Assembly (NCBI GenBank): GCA_043228905.1
Contig: JBHGNT010000018.1
Span: forward strand, 17,856,001 to 17,920,000
From: Azolla caroliniana
Taxonomy: Eukaryota; Plantae; Polypodiophyta
Length of the DNA: 64,000 bases
Reading direction: 5' to 3'
Positions 47,851-61,600 of the stretch are shown here, one piece after another. Within the stretch, counting starts at the first letter, position 1, and every line of letters begins with the position of its first letter. A model generated the notes under the pieces. It was not told the DNA's origin. It did not search any database and saw only the letters and a list, made by a program, of their open reading frames with translations. Position numbers and translations under genes: made by a program.

Positions 47851-48557
47851 TATAAATCTCTGCTACACTTGTGGCAAGAATCACATTCATTTACAATGCA
47901 TAGCAGCTGCAGTGTTGTCCCATTTTGGTACTAGAATCCGTACCTTCAAAAAGGACTGAATTCCATATTCTCCTTCTAAAACACCACAGTTAGATATTTG
48001 TACACCACACTTTCTTCTTTCTCTCAACAGAAATCCTTCATCTCATTAGAGACATACATAATTGCTTCCTTCTTGCCTTGCTCTACTCTCTGGTTTTTGG
48101 CTTTTCTCATTGCTCTAATCGCCATTGCTCAATTTTAAGAAAGAAAAAACTTTGGGAGCGAATTTCAACGAGGATGAAGGAGTGATTGTCAATGAAGCAA
48201 AGTATAAAATCTTCAATGATGTTTGTCAATGAAGAACCAGTGATTTCTTAGGGTGTAGGGTTAGTGAGGATCTTGTTACACAGGTCCGATTGATTGAATC
48301 AAAACCGAACTCATTAAAGAATTGCAGATTCAGAAGGCAAATTTGAGAGAGAGAGAGAGAGAGAGGGAGCGACAAAAACAATAGATTCACAGCGTTTGGA
48401 GGAGAATGGAAAAGCAGAAGTGGGTCGCAAAGCCAGGATTAGAATTAGGGTTATTAAGAAAAGAAAAAGAAAAGAAAAAGAAAAGAAAAGGGAAGGCAGG
48501 AATTTTTGAAAGAGGAATGATGTGGGGGCGATGGCATAAGAGGGCTTTTTGTAAAGG

Positions 48558-48560
<3 letters not shown>

Positions 48561-48621
<61 letters not shown>
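48561..48621. repeat. (AG)n microsatellite (GAGA element) in the bHLH promoter
   Basis: About 30 AG units. Confidence 0.95.
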
Positions 48622-48624
<3 letters not shown>

Positions 48625-48959
48625 GTGTACAGAGAAGAAAGGAAAAAGGCTGCCATGTCTCTCAGAGATTGTCGCCCTTCTTCTTTCCATCGCCTCAGAA
48701 ATCTAGACCCTAAATCCCATATCTGACCTTGATGTTTCTGATTATTATGTTTCTGGCCCCCCTCTGCGTGCCTCCCCAATCCATCATTCACCCTCCTCCT
48801 CCCACAAGAGGTGGGTCTCACGACCCTACTCTCTCTCTCTCTCTCTCTCGTGGGCCAAATTTGGCCTTAGAAGACGTTAATATATCTTTCTCTCTCTCTC
48901 TCTCTATCCTGGCTCGTAGTCCTCATGTGTTTACGCCACCATTAGTGTCGAGATAGACT

Positions 48960-49341
48960 CCATGTCGATGCCAATGCCAGTTTTAGTGTCAATCTCGGTG
49001 TCTATGTTTGTGTTAGTGTTAGGGTTTAGTGTGTAGTGTTAGGGTTAGGGTTAGTATTAGTGTGTGGTGTGTAGTGTTATTGTTAGGGTTAGTAGTAGTG
49101 TGTAGTGTGTAGTGTTATTGTTAGGGTTACTATTAGTGTGTAGTGTTAGTGTTAGTGTGTAGTGTGTAGTGTTAGTGTGTAGTGTGTAGTGTGTTAGTGT
49201 TGGTGTTAGTGTTAGTGTCACGATCCCTCAACGATAATTCCTACCCCTCAACCCTGTAGCCCTATTGCATTAAGTTTGTATTAGTGTGTCTAAAATCCGA
49301 GTCGATGTTAGTCTTAGTGTCGATGTCAGTGTCGGTGTCGG
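48960..49341. repeat. Degenerate TGTTAG/TAGTGTG/TTAGGG satellite grading into TGTCNN hexamers
   Basis: Core 49010-49219 of GT-rich 6-7-mers; flanking hexamer-phased TGTCNN units. Confidence 0.85.
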
Positions 49342-52300
49342 GGTCCCCCCCCCCCACCCCACCCCAGCAATGGCTCGTACCCCTTTCGTTCGCCCTTCAT
49401 GTTTCTATGTTAGCTAGCATCCATATCTACACCTATGCTTGTGCCTTTGTCTATGTCTACAAGTGGGTGCTTGTGTCCCTCCTTGCTCACATTTTGTTGA
49501 ACCTATATCTGCATTTGTGCCCCCCATGCCTTTGTATGTCTATATCTACGACTGCGTTCGTTTCTTCTGACACTGTGATGCCCAACGTGACCCGTATGAG
49601 AGCTCATGAGATGATGATAACCATTAACCTAATGGCTCGACCTTGTATTCTTCCCATGCTTGTCTCCTCCTCGCACCTCTTTGTACCCCATTTATATATA
49701 TAGACATAGAAATGGACTCTACTTAAGCATATGAGATAATCTTAGAGAAAATTGCATTAGTTACAAGTGGGAATATATGCCCTATGTGTCAACAAATGAG
49801 AGTCTCTCACACTTACTCTTTTTCTAGATCCCATTGATCATGTAGTATGACAATGCATAATCATTTGTGAGTGTGTCTTCATCTCTCATTGAATTCTTAT
49901 TGTCTTTGGTCATTGTAGAATAAGATTGATGTTAGTGAATTGTGGAGGCTTCTTACCATTACTCATCAAACTATGTTATCCTCCAACCATTTCATAGCAC
50001 AACAACCCATCGAAGGATGTGCCTTAACAAGAGTTATCTCGCATGCTCACTATTCTTGTGTGCTTCTTTTGATCTTGCCTTGTCGATTAGTGTGTGATAA
50101 AATTCCAGATCTTTGTAATCTTGTGGCCATTAATTATAAAATTCTTCCAACAACTCGAGAACATGATAATCTTTTTATGAATGTTATCCAAAAAATTGTC
50201 TATTGTATGATGGTTGCTATGGTCAAGCATGGTGCAGGCTTTTTAATATTCAGAACCTTTTTGTCAATAAGTAGTGTAATATCATGGATGCCGAGAGAGA
50301 CACATTGATCAATTTACATGTAGGACATTTCAATAATCATCGATTGTCTCGTTAAGTGATGATGTCTACTATTGAAGAAGACTTTGATGAGTTTGAATTC
50401 TTGGCCACTCAAATCAAACATTTCGATATAATATTATAATACAACAGGATCGATGCAAGTTGAAGCAATTTGTCACATACCTCCATTTGCAAAATCCGAG
50501 TTTGGAAATATGTAGTAATAAAGCCCGTTCATGTGCACAAAATCCCATTTTAGAAATAGTATACTAATCTCATTGTATAGATGTAAATTCGCAATTCGCC
50601 CATTTCCAAAGTGAGGCACTCTTGTCGTGATCCTCATGTTGATTTTTTCTCACAAAATGGCCACGAACTAACACATGCTTGATGAACTTTGGAAAGATGT
50701 TATTGGTGTTGGTTGGGTTTTACCACATATTTGGTTGATGTGCAAAAAGTGAAAAGCATAATTGTGCCGATTAGAATATATGCATTTTTAGACATAGAGA
50801 GGATGAGTCACCAAAATCGAGAAAACATTTAACTCTCAAATGCAAGGCTTCGGCAATTATAAGCGAATATGGATCATAAAGCACCCACTATCGTGTCTGG
50901 GTTCTCTAGAAGCAGTATAATGGAGAATTGATAGAAATCGTGGAAAATTTGTATATGCTTCAACGACACACCATTGCATAATACAAATAGTAAGGATTCA
51001 TTACCTTTAGTAGTCTTTCAATATTTTTCTATATCACTGCAGATGTTTGTGTATGACACAGACATATAATTGTCTAGCCTATGCAACTCGTCAAACCGAA
51101 TCAAATACAATGGTTGAAAAGCATTATAAGAAGATAAATATATTAGGAAGGAGATAGTTTGAATTTTTGAAACATTGAATGTATATATGAGGGATAAAGA
51201 AAATAAGGAACTTGTAAGACTTAAGTGCAAAATGCCACAGAAACATAGGACAATTGATCAACGATGAGAATGATCTCAAACTAAGATTATGAAGAAATTC
51301 TATAACACGCGCCCCATGGAAGATTCATTTTATGTAGAAAATGCGTGAATATCAATGTGAATGCAAAACCATTTTTATTAGGGGAACATCCATATTGTAC
51401 TTGATCTCAAAACTAAACTTATAATGAGTTTCCATTATAGATACCACATTGCTTGATACTAGAGTCACAAATCCACGAGCTTGTTTGATTTAAAAATATT
51501 TGAAATTGGTAACAGGGTGAATGCATGAGCAATCATCTATGGGGTGCATAGAGATGAATGTACATTGTATACTACAAAATACCAACACTTTCAAACTGAT
51601 GTCCCCATTGTTTTGTATACTAATGATGTCTTTCGTAAACACGGGTGTTTCAAAAGTTTTGTGTTTGGCTTATAAGCATGCTAACACGAGCATAAAATAG
51701 GTCTACACATTTTCAACCGTTGAAAGAATTTCTTACCTAATTTGTAAACCCAAGCATTACCTACCACGATTCGATTGTCAACGATAATTAATGTTCAAAG
51801 GGACACAACTAAATTTTTTCATGTTGCTTTAATGTCGTTATTTATTAATGAATTTGAAATCAAGCCGCCAAGTAACGCTTTTAGTGCTTTGCTCGCTTAT
51901 ACTTTTGCTTATACTTTGTGGGGCTTCTTTTTGCAATGCATACGATATGGCTAGCCATGATGCGCTTCTGTAGGTGTTGTTTTCTCAAGGCATATAATAG
52001 GGATATATATACTCAAATTTACCATTTGATGTTTTGTTGTTTATAACTACAAATGTGTCAAATCGACCTTGTGTAGTTAGGTTTCTCTAGGAATCATTTA
52101 TCTTTAGGGCTAAAGATGTGAACCTCTTGGACATCTTTTGACTATTTCCCACACTCATTAATTGAAGCACGATTTCTTTAAAGATTGGTATCATATTTTA
52201 TTTTGTGATTTTGGGTGGTCCACAATGCAAGCTTAAAGGATATTTGGAAGAACAACATTTTTTTTTAAGGATAAGGGATCAAATATGAAAAATCCTTTCT

Positions 52301-53474
52301 ATTCATATGCTATGAGTTGGGAAGGGTTTATCTAGGAGCTCAAGTGTGAGAAATGGTGCAACTATGGTCGTTTGATGTAATGGCTATGGACTTTCTCTCA
52401 TTTCTACACACCTTCAAGACAAAGAGGTAACAAATAAGGTTGCAAATCCCCCTTCCGTCACTTAACAAGACTTCCTCGATGTGGCACATCAACAATTTCC
52501 AGAAGCGCGCAAAAGAGCCTGAGCCTAAGATGGGATTTTCTTTTGAGATCCAATTGCCTGTACACATTGGTCAATCAAAAATATATGAACAATATGGTAG
52601 AAGGCATTGATCACATGACATGTAGTTCCACATGCAATTTTGTTCTTTAATTTCAACATAAGTTGAATTCAGATAAGGAGAGTGTTTGAAGATTAAAGTA
52701 GTTCACAATCACGAGATCGTGCATTATTCGCACAAGTACAAGCCCATTTAAGTTATAGTTCAATTTGCTGAATTTCAATAAAAGGAAGGCTGTCAGTTTA
52801 TAACTTCAACAATGTAACCTACAAAGGAAAACCGTTTACATTGAGGATCTTCATTTTATAACCATCCATCCCTCAAAGTTAGAAACATATGTACTTGGAT
52901 CATTAAGATGTACGCGTAAAACGTTAACTGATTCCACTAGTCAAATGCATTTGTACGGATCACATGCACAATATGATCAAATGCGGTTCCATGAGGAGGC
53001 TTATGTAATATGCATAAAAGAAGCACAAAAGTGTATGGATTAGAAACATTACATTTAATAAGTTTTGATCAAGAAAATTGCTAACTTTCCCTATTCTAGA
53101 TCCTTGAAAAAGCTCTATGACATATATGAACCTAAGCAAAGGTGTGCTTTTTGGACATTCATTACATTGCGTGTGTAAGTTTTGCGGTTGAAGAGGACCA
53201 TCTTTACATTGTTACTATATAATTGCATGCAACCTTGAGCTTTCGCATCATTGCTTACACCTACATCACCTCCATGTAAGAATGAAATCGACATAGGCTT
53301 GTAATTTATAACATGAACCAATATGAGCTAGCTATTATCATGGCCAAGCATATATATTTAAAGATAGGAATCCCTCGTAAAGTTAACGTGACACTTTAGA
53401 GATAGATACACTCCTACTTTCAAAATGTAAATTTCATACAAGCTAAATGATCTTCACACCATTAATTTATTTTA

Positions 53475-53787
53475 GGGAAAAGTACCAAGATACCCCTGGA
53501 AGTTCGTCTATTTACCAGAATGCCCCTAGAAGTTCCAAATTTACCAAACTACCCCTATGTCCAAAAAAATACACTTTATAAAGTAAGTACAAAGGACCCA
53601 AAGAATCTCTTAAGTAAAGAAATTTGTGTTTTAAGGGTATTCTGGTAAATAGGGCTTGTAGATTTGAGTGTATAATTATTTTATAAAGTGTATTTTTTTG
53701 GACATAGGGGTAGTTTGGTAAATTTGGAACTTCCAGGGGCATTCTGGTAAATAGACGAACTTCTAGGGGTATCCTGGTACTTTTCCC
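53475..53787. mobile_element. Mutator-like MITE, long copy (313 bp)
   Basis: ~105-bp TIRs GGGAAAAGTACCA...; perfect 9-bp TSD TTTATTTTA at 53466-53474 and 53788-53796; same family as 34447-34625. Confidence 0.95.
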
Positions 53788-56700
53788 TTTATTTTACTAT
53801 GCTAATGCTAACTCCATCATTAATATTTATAACACAATTGTTCCACATTGTGCAATATTTGGTATATCTAGGCAACATGGGCATTGTTGTCATGTAGATT
53901 CCCGAAATGAATTAAAAATCTGACTATTCTATATGGACATGTATGACTATTCCTTAAGGCCATGCAATGCTTTATTCCTAGAAAGTATCATATTAACGTA
54001 GGAAAGAGCCATTGGATTGCCTCGCTATTTCATGAAGCAATTTAATCTATAGAAAGAGGATTGTGTGAGATAAGTTAGGAACCTATTTCTCTTAGATTTG
54101 AAGCCTGAAGGTTTTGCATGAAGAGAATTGATGTGAGGTTTGTTAAGGGGCATTAAGTCATCTTGCCATATGCTAATGCAACTATTGTTGAACCTCAGTT
54201 CAACGAAATTGACGGATTAGTGATCAAAATCTCACTTCCCATCTCAAGTGAACACAATCTTCTATATGTACTCATCCCTTCCTTGGCTCATTTCGAATGC
54301 ATGTTTTTAACCATTTCTTCCAAGCATTGTTGATTAGTGATTTTAGTGTCTACAATAAGAAAGTAAATATATCACAACCAAAATAAAATCTTGTTGATGT
54401 AAATGTCAGATACTTTTTTATTGTGGTTTGAGGCATTGATGGTTCCTTCTTTGTCCAACTTTCCTGATACCCGAAAGGGAACCCAATGCCTTTTTTGCAC
54501 CCTTCGTCTAGTTTAGCACGTGAATTCCCATAGTTTTCAACCAACCGTTTGAACTTTTATCATGTATCCGAACAACAAAGTTCTTTTGTAACCAAACAAT
54601 GAAAAACGTGTCACCATTTTACCCAAAGAGTTTTGTGCGTCTTGAGTTGGCCATCTTAAAACTGAATATCTCTAAGCAAAGGTGTTGCCCAATAGGTAGT
54701 CAGAGGCCTCCCAATATCTTTTTTGCTTCAATTCAGGGATATATTCCTCATTCCATAACAATCATTGCAAAGGAAAACTACAAGGAAAATAACATGTCAC
54801 ATGCTATATGATAACCACGTTGGACTATTTTCCATTTATAACCGTGTAAGAAGTCATTCGTCCTAGGAGAATTAATATCTAACTTCCAGAATTATTCCGA
54901 GTATAACTTGTAAACCAATTCCCAATTCATTTGATCGTATGCTTTATGTACACTTACTTTTATATCGCATATATTGTCTTGACATTTAGCTTGTGGCCCA
55001 TTCATTTCCGTCCCATTATCCATAGTCGGATAATAGAATCTAGTATATACTTTTGTTATAGAGGACAATTTCAAATATTCTAGCATAATAAAATTTTATG
55101 GGCATTTTGGTTTGCTTTGCTTAACTTGTGATTGATATATTAAGACTAAAGTACAAAATGGAAATTGTGTCCACATACATACAACATTGTTAATCGAGAG
55201 GCCCATTGAATAATGCACGGTTAATCATGCTCAATTCTTAATTGAGTGACCAAGGTCCAAAACCCCTCTCTTTCACCTCCTCTGAAACCCCAAACCTAAA
55301 CCTTGATTTGCTTGTTGCGTTTTAATGGGGGAGATTACATCTTTTGTTGGCACTTCTATTCAAGCAATGGGTCATGACGCCATAGTACTTTAAAATATCT
55401 ATACATCGATTTATCAACATTGCATATTTTTAAAACTTTGCTTCAATTTCTTATTTGCACCAATTTCTCATCACATAAACCAATGCCCAAACTATATCAG
55501 TTATTGGTTTCTTGAAACCCTTTTTTGTCATCCATTCTTTAGTTTTTAGATATTCATACTTCTCACAAATATTCAAATTTCATCCTGCCTCACAACAAAG
55601 CAAAAGACGAAGGAAGAACATATTAGATTTTATTTAAGAGAACCGCATGCTTGCAAATATTTCATGCAATGACTATAAATGAAGTTTACAATTGAAGGTT
55701 ACACAAATTAGTATCGTTGGATGGAAAACTTAGCTATATTATTATATTGATTTATTCTCTTAATGGGCCTATGCCATACTGTTGAATGTGACATGTGTAT
55801 GTTTGAGACACTTTAAGTCCATGTTTTGTGAACATAATATCCAGTCTTACATTTCACACCATTGGATGAAATGTTTGTGTTGCATATGGATTATTAGGCA
55901 CACTTACCGACACAGTAAGGAAATAAGATACCAAGGTTCTTCACGTATCTCGAACCGTTCCGTTATCTTTTGGTCCAAGCGCTTGTATTAAATCATTTCA
56001 TCCTCGAACTTCTTCATCATTCCCAACTCATGATTGAAGACAATGGTATGCATATATTCCTTGTTGGCCCTTCAACAATTCTCTACGATATTAAGCTTTC
56101 ATCTTAGTTACTTACTTTTTTTTGTCTAGGGGGAATACCTCCCTATGCACATGATCTGATTTCGACCACTGACATCCATTGCATCTATTAGGAGTGGACA
56201 ACATCACAAATGTTTAAAGCTAAGAATGGTGTATCTCGATTCTCAACCAAGCTAATTCATTACCTTGAACAAGTCTTCAGCTTTTGACTACTATGAGTTT
56301 AGAATGGATATGAATAATTTTCTACATTTATTATAGTTGTTAAATCACACATGACATAAATGTTTTGCTGAACGCCCATCAAATCTTGACAATGTTATAA
56401 TTCCCTTTAGAACTTTGCATCTCGTTTCAAAATGAAAAACAATATGTACATGTTCATTTGTTTGGTGATAAAATTGTTACAAAATTAACTTCCAAAGTGT
56501 TGATTGCCTATTACAATAATATGACAGTAAACTAGTAGTAATAAATGTGAATTTAAGAAGTATTTAGATTATGGGTATCACCAAGGCCCAAGAAGGTTAG
56601 TCGTTTTTTGTCACCTCAATTCATGGGGCTAGTGTGAATTTGACCCCATTCATTTTCTTTGTCATCATGCCATCCATACGACAACGTGCATATACATCGT

Positions 56701-57571
56701 TACAACTCGAATCCGTAATAAGTTAATATCATTTATGAAAATTGTAGATGTTCACACTTGCTGACAAATGACAATAAGGCTGTAGTTTATGACAATGCTA
56801 TTATTTTACAGTCAGTATGATTTAGTAGGCAGGCTCTACATGTACCTTAAGTGATAGAATCTACTTCCCAGTGCACATCATTCTATTTTTTTTGAGAATT
56901 TAGACGAGTGCATGTGCCTAGTGGTCTTGCTCTAAAGCTAAAGGAGATTATTTTTAAGTGAAATTCCACGGCTTAAGAAAAGAGTTCTACTATAGGCATA
57001 GGTTTCATACTTGTTTTCTACCCAACCCATGTCCATAACTTGGAATATTGCTTGAATGAAATTGGTGGTGCTGCACACATCTGTCACAACACAAATGACC
57101 TTAACCCGAAGCACGAGGTAGCCACATGTCTCTTTCATGAAGTTGTTTGTATAAGAAGAAGATTAACTAATTGAAACTGATTGTCACACACACAAATAAC
57201 ATCTGACCGTTGAATTGTTTTGTATCTACACTTTCAAATTTTAAAGCACAAAGTAAGGGTTTTGAAATAATGAGAAAATGTACCAAGTTGGAGATTCTAT
57301 GAGCCATTAAAGTGTAAACCTCCAATGTTGGCATAAAAGCGAATGGGTTCTTAAGGGCCTAAAGTATCATTTGAGCCGATAAATTTCACCAAGTGAAGTC
57401 CAAATACAATCTAGTAACGTTTTTCTAGAGCTTCTTCAAAAGTTTACTTCACAATGCACATGCTTGATTTAACTTACGATAGCATTGTACTTAGTGAGCA
57501 TTGATGTAAAACAACTACTTACGAGTATTTTCACAAAAAATCTCTCTCTTTATGCAATAGAGGGAGAGAGA

Positions 57572-57617
57572 TTTTTTTATTGTCCTTGGAGGTCCCATAT
57601 GACTGATGTAACCAAAG
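57572..57617 (-). mobile_element. Short remnant of the RTE-like LINE 3' end
   Basis: TTGTCCTTGGAGGTC...TATGAC...AACCAAA is similar to 24195-24234. Confidence 0.5.
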
Positions 57618-58139
57618 TAGATGATGATCGACTAAATGTCAAAATGTCATCTCATTTTAAAGATAGATGGATATCTTTCAAATGTTCGTGGGTGACCAAA
57701 CATTGTACGTGGGACAAGGTGAAGCATGACAAGAGAGTGTATGTGTGTGGTTGAGAGAGGTAATAGAGGAGGAAGAAGAAGTGTATTAAGGTCTTGACCA
57801 TCAAATGCCGATGTTACAACTTGTCTATGAGACAAACACCATATACTTGCACATATGTTGTTTTGGTCGCTTGAGAAATAAGAACGAACGAAAACCGGAT
57901 AAAAAGGGAGATAACTTCATAGTAGACACTAGGAAAACGTTCGGGAATTTAGAAGACTTGAGGGTTTTTTGGGGGTTTCGAGAAGGTTGGCGAACAATAC
58001 ATGTATACATGTATAGGGTATGCTCGATCGGACTTGCCCATAAACAATAGATTTGTAGCCCCTTATTATGGCGATGAGAGTTGTGATATGATGATCAAAA
58101 AGCTAATTATAAAATAGATAGAAAACAACAAAAAGTCAT

Positions 58140-58173
58140 TGTCATGATGATGGTCACTATGATGATGGTGGTC

Positions 58174-58213
<40 letters not shown>

Positions 58214-58232
58214 GGATGATGGTCATGATGAT
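58140..58232. repeat. (ATG)n trinucleotide microsatellite
   Basis: Directly visible. Confidence 0.95.
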
Positions 58233-58507
58233 TGATGGATGGGGTGGTGGTCCATTGGATGGATCATGAAATGATGGAATGGCACACACATACACATACA
58301 CACACTATATATACATATATACTATAGTCTATATATATGTGTGTATGCATTGGGAATGATGCTATTTTTTCTTGGGGGCAGTGAATGTCACGTGACACTT
58401 GTGCATCCACTCAAGTTCTGCCATGTGTCCCCTCCCTGCCTAGGTTCCTTATAGAAAAGGAAAATAAAAGGTTTATCTCTTAGGGTCCAAAAACAAAACC
58501 CTTAGGG

Positions 58508-58614
58508 TTGTTCATAGCTCCAGAAAAGGCATTATTTTGTCCCATGGTCCCAAAAACAACCCTTCGCTTGTTGTTCATGGCTCCAGAAAAAGGCATTATT
58601 TTGTCCCATGGTCC
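58508..58614. repeat. ~63-bp tandem duplication
   Basis: TTGTTCAT.GCTCCAGAAAA(A)GGCATTATTTTGTCCCATGGTCC occurs twice. Confidence 0.85.
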
Positions 58615-61600
58615 ATCCATCCTCTTTTCATCCATTCTTTGGGTTCTCATCATTTTTCCTTCTCCTTTCTGGGGCTCCCCGACCGACATTACAGTTCCCT
58701 CAATGAAAACTATGCAACACTTGCTAATGTTGCAATTTGAGCGATTCTCTTTAAAAACCTCCTCCTCTTCCTCCTCCTCCTTACTTCATGTTGAAGACAT
58801 TTGCAACATGCCCGTGTGGGTGAAGAATAATCTCTCAACTTGTTGGCCCACTGTGATGATGCACATGTATTTTAAAACCTAAAATGGTCAGACTATATTG
58901 GACCTTGTGTCAGGCAAGGTCAACAAGGTCAACATCCTTAGGTTGCTCTCTTGAGTTACATTCCCTTCCAACTTTTGTCCCTTCCTAAAGGTTGGACCTC
59001 GAGTTAAATCGATTCCCCTTATCCTCCCCCCTCCCAATTACACAATGAACAACTACTATTGCAATTTATTTATTTCCAAAAAAACTACTATTGCAATTTT
59101 ATTTCATTTCTTATTATAATGTAATTGCAATGTCATGAACTTAACCCAATGTTACAACTTGAGTGGCATCTCCCCCCAACGTGATGGTATAACAATGGAT
59201 TATGTTGAAGAATAAATTGTGTAGATGGTGGTTGGTCTACTTTGGTGTCGATTCAACTCATTTCCAAAACAACATACTTTCCCATTTCTTGTATTACTTG
59301 TCGAGAAAAAACAGAATCCCTGCACATTTTTCTTGATATCTATTTTTAAAAAAAGGTTGTCAATATGCTTTGAGAAAGTGTCATACCCTTTCGAAAATTG
59401 TGTGCATGCATTAAACTTAGGGCACAATTTGGCACATTATGTGAGTCAAATGCTAGGTTGAGATATATTACACTGTGGGTCACAAGTTGTGATAACATAA
59501 TGCTTTTTATTTCATTTCTTTATGGGAGTCGATTTAATGTATCATATTCACAACCATGAATGGAAATGATAGTTATGAAATCCTAGTCACGACAGAACTA
59601 CTATTGGCTCTTATCCGAAAAAGTGTTAATTTGTTGTTAGGTGGTGACTTGCATTTGTGAAGACAAGAAGGGAAAAGAGCATTTTTGTGAATGTGCTCTT
59701 ATTCTTTAGCAGGTAATGGAGAGGTAAAGTTCTCTCATTTGTTCACTAACTTTGATGAGGTTCAACTCGCACCAAGAAGTGTGAACGTTTGAAAAAGCAT
59801 AGTATTTCGATTGATGGGGAGGTTTTCTTTGTTATATGATTAGAAGCACTTTCTTGCCAACCTTTGATAAACTAAAAAACAAAAATCCCAACAACACCTG
59901 ATCAAAGTCAGGAAAAACTTCACCTAGTTCATGTCCTTGAATCCTCATCATGTAAAAGGAAGGGTGTCCTCCTTTTATCATTTTTTGTGACTATTCATCC
60001 TCAGAATTTTCATAAAGCTACAAGAGATAAATCAATGCTTCATGTTGGATAAATAAAGGTGACACAACTTGTTCTCTTTTCTTCAGTCTTTTTAATGCTT
60101 TGTTCTCACCTTTTATCTAGGGTTTTGTGCATTGAAGCCTTTAGTAGGCACAAACCTCGTAAGGAATGAAATGAAAAATGAATCACAACATGGATATGTC
60201 TTCAACCAATGGTTTCTTTTACATATAGATTGCTTATAAACTAGAAAAAAAAGAAAAGCAATTCTTCATCAATCAAGAGTCTTGTTTTAAGAGCATAAGA
60301 ACACAAAGTACATAGGCTTTTATACTTCACATCTAAATTTTGCTTTTCCACATATTTCATGCTTTCGATAAGATACAATTCCAAATGTCTCACCCATTGG
60401 AAACTGAAAACTTGCATATCTTTTATTTGGGAATGTTTAGGATTCATGTCTCGTTAAAGAAAGATTGGCACATACATTTAAACCTAGTCATTATAGGACT
60501 CGGGGGAATCAAAACTAACACCACCATTCATTTCAAATGCTACAAGCTTGGGTATGCATTTCATTTGATGGGATGTTTCATTTTCTTGGAAATTTTTCTA
60601 AAGCTCTAACAATAAGAAAGATATATAATATGTAAGATAGATGCATATCTATGAATAGTTTACAATGCATATGCACTAGTTTGTGAGCCTATAATTGTCA
60701 ATAATTGAATGGAAGTCATGGTGTGATATGATGTATAGGCTGCACACCGATGGTGATGGAGGTAAGGTAAGATACATCATTATCCACAAATGGCTAAATA
60801 CTTGGTTAAATACCGTCGATGTCCATGGTACACATATCGTAGAAAAAGACTTGAAGGATACAAACCAATCATTGTCTTCCTTAACTAATATAGTTATTTG
60901 GCCTACAAAAAACTTCGATAAATTTTAATGATGTATGCACAATATCATGCTCAAAAAGGTGGTTAAGAATTGTGCCTTTTATGGATTGTATAACGTAACC
61001 GTAAAATGCCAAATATGTGCTAGGTCCATGCACACAATAGTAATACATGGACAAATCAAATGGTAGGGATGAAACAAATGAAAAGCATGCCGATCTCCCC
61101 TATTGTCTTTGTTTCATATCTCTTAGTCCAAATGTGGTATGAATTGTGGTGATATTGATGTTTTGCATTCTTGAGTTTCGTTTTACCTATATATTCCATT
61201 TCTATAAACTTATTTGCAGTGTAGCTTCTTCGTTGTAGTTCATTGGAAATAATTCGTCTTAGGATGAATTCAGACATGAAGCATGATGCAAAAGCTAGCA
61301 CAGGCAATCCAAGATTGTTGACCAACAATCTTGGCTGTAAAATTGTGTGAACTTCGCCGTGGGGCACTTGTAAAGATCACCTCCATTGTATATGGTATAC
61401 CTTTGTCATATGCATAGAACCACCCTTGCCATATATAAGAGATTAATGGTTATATTCAATGTATAGGATATCTCATATCCGACCAATTCCTATCATGATA
61501 AATATAAGAACTTAGAAGGTAGTGCTATATAAGCTAAACCCCCATCTTGTGTATGTTGTTTGTTAACATTTGATTAGTAGTATTCTTATAGTTGTAATCT

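Noticed and set aside
49015-49130. TTAGGG telomere-like units
   Set aside because: At most two consecutive units, embedded in a TGTTAG/TAGTGTG satellite; not an interstitial telomere array.
52478-52486. GCCACATCG (minus strand) resembling the snRNA USE promoter element
   Set aside because: Imperfect, with no correctly spaced TATA box or recognisable snRNA downstream.
56963-56973. TTCCACGGCTT resembling the 5' half of miR396
   Set aside because: The match stops at 11 nt and there is no precursor hairpin.
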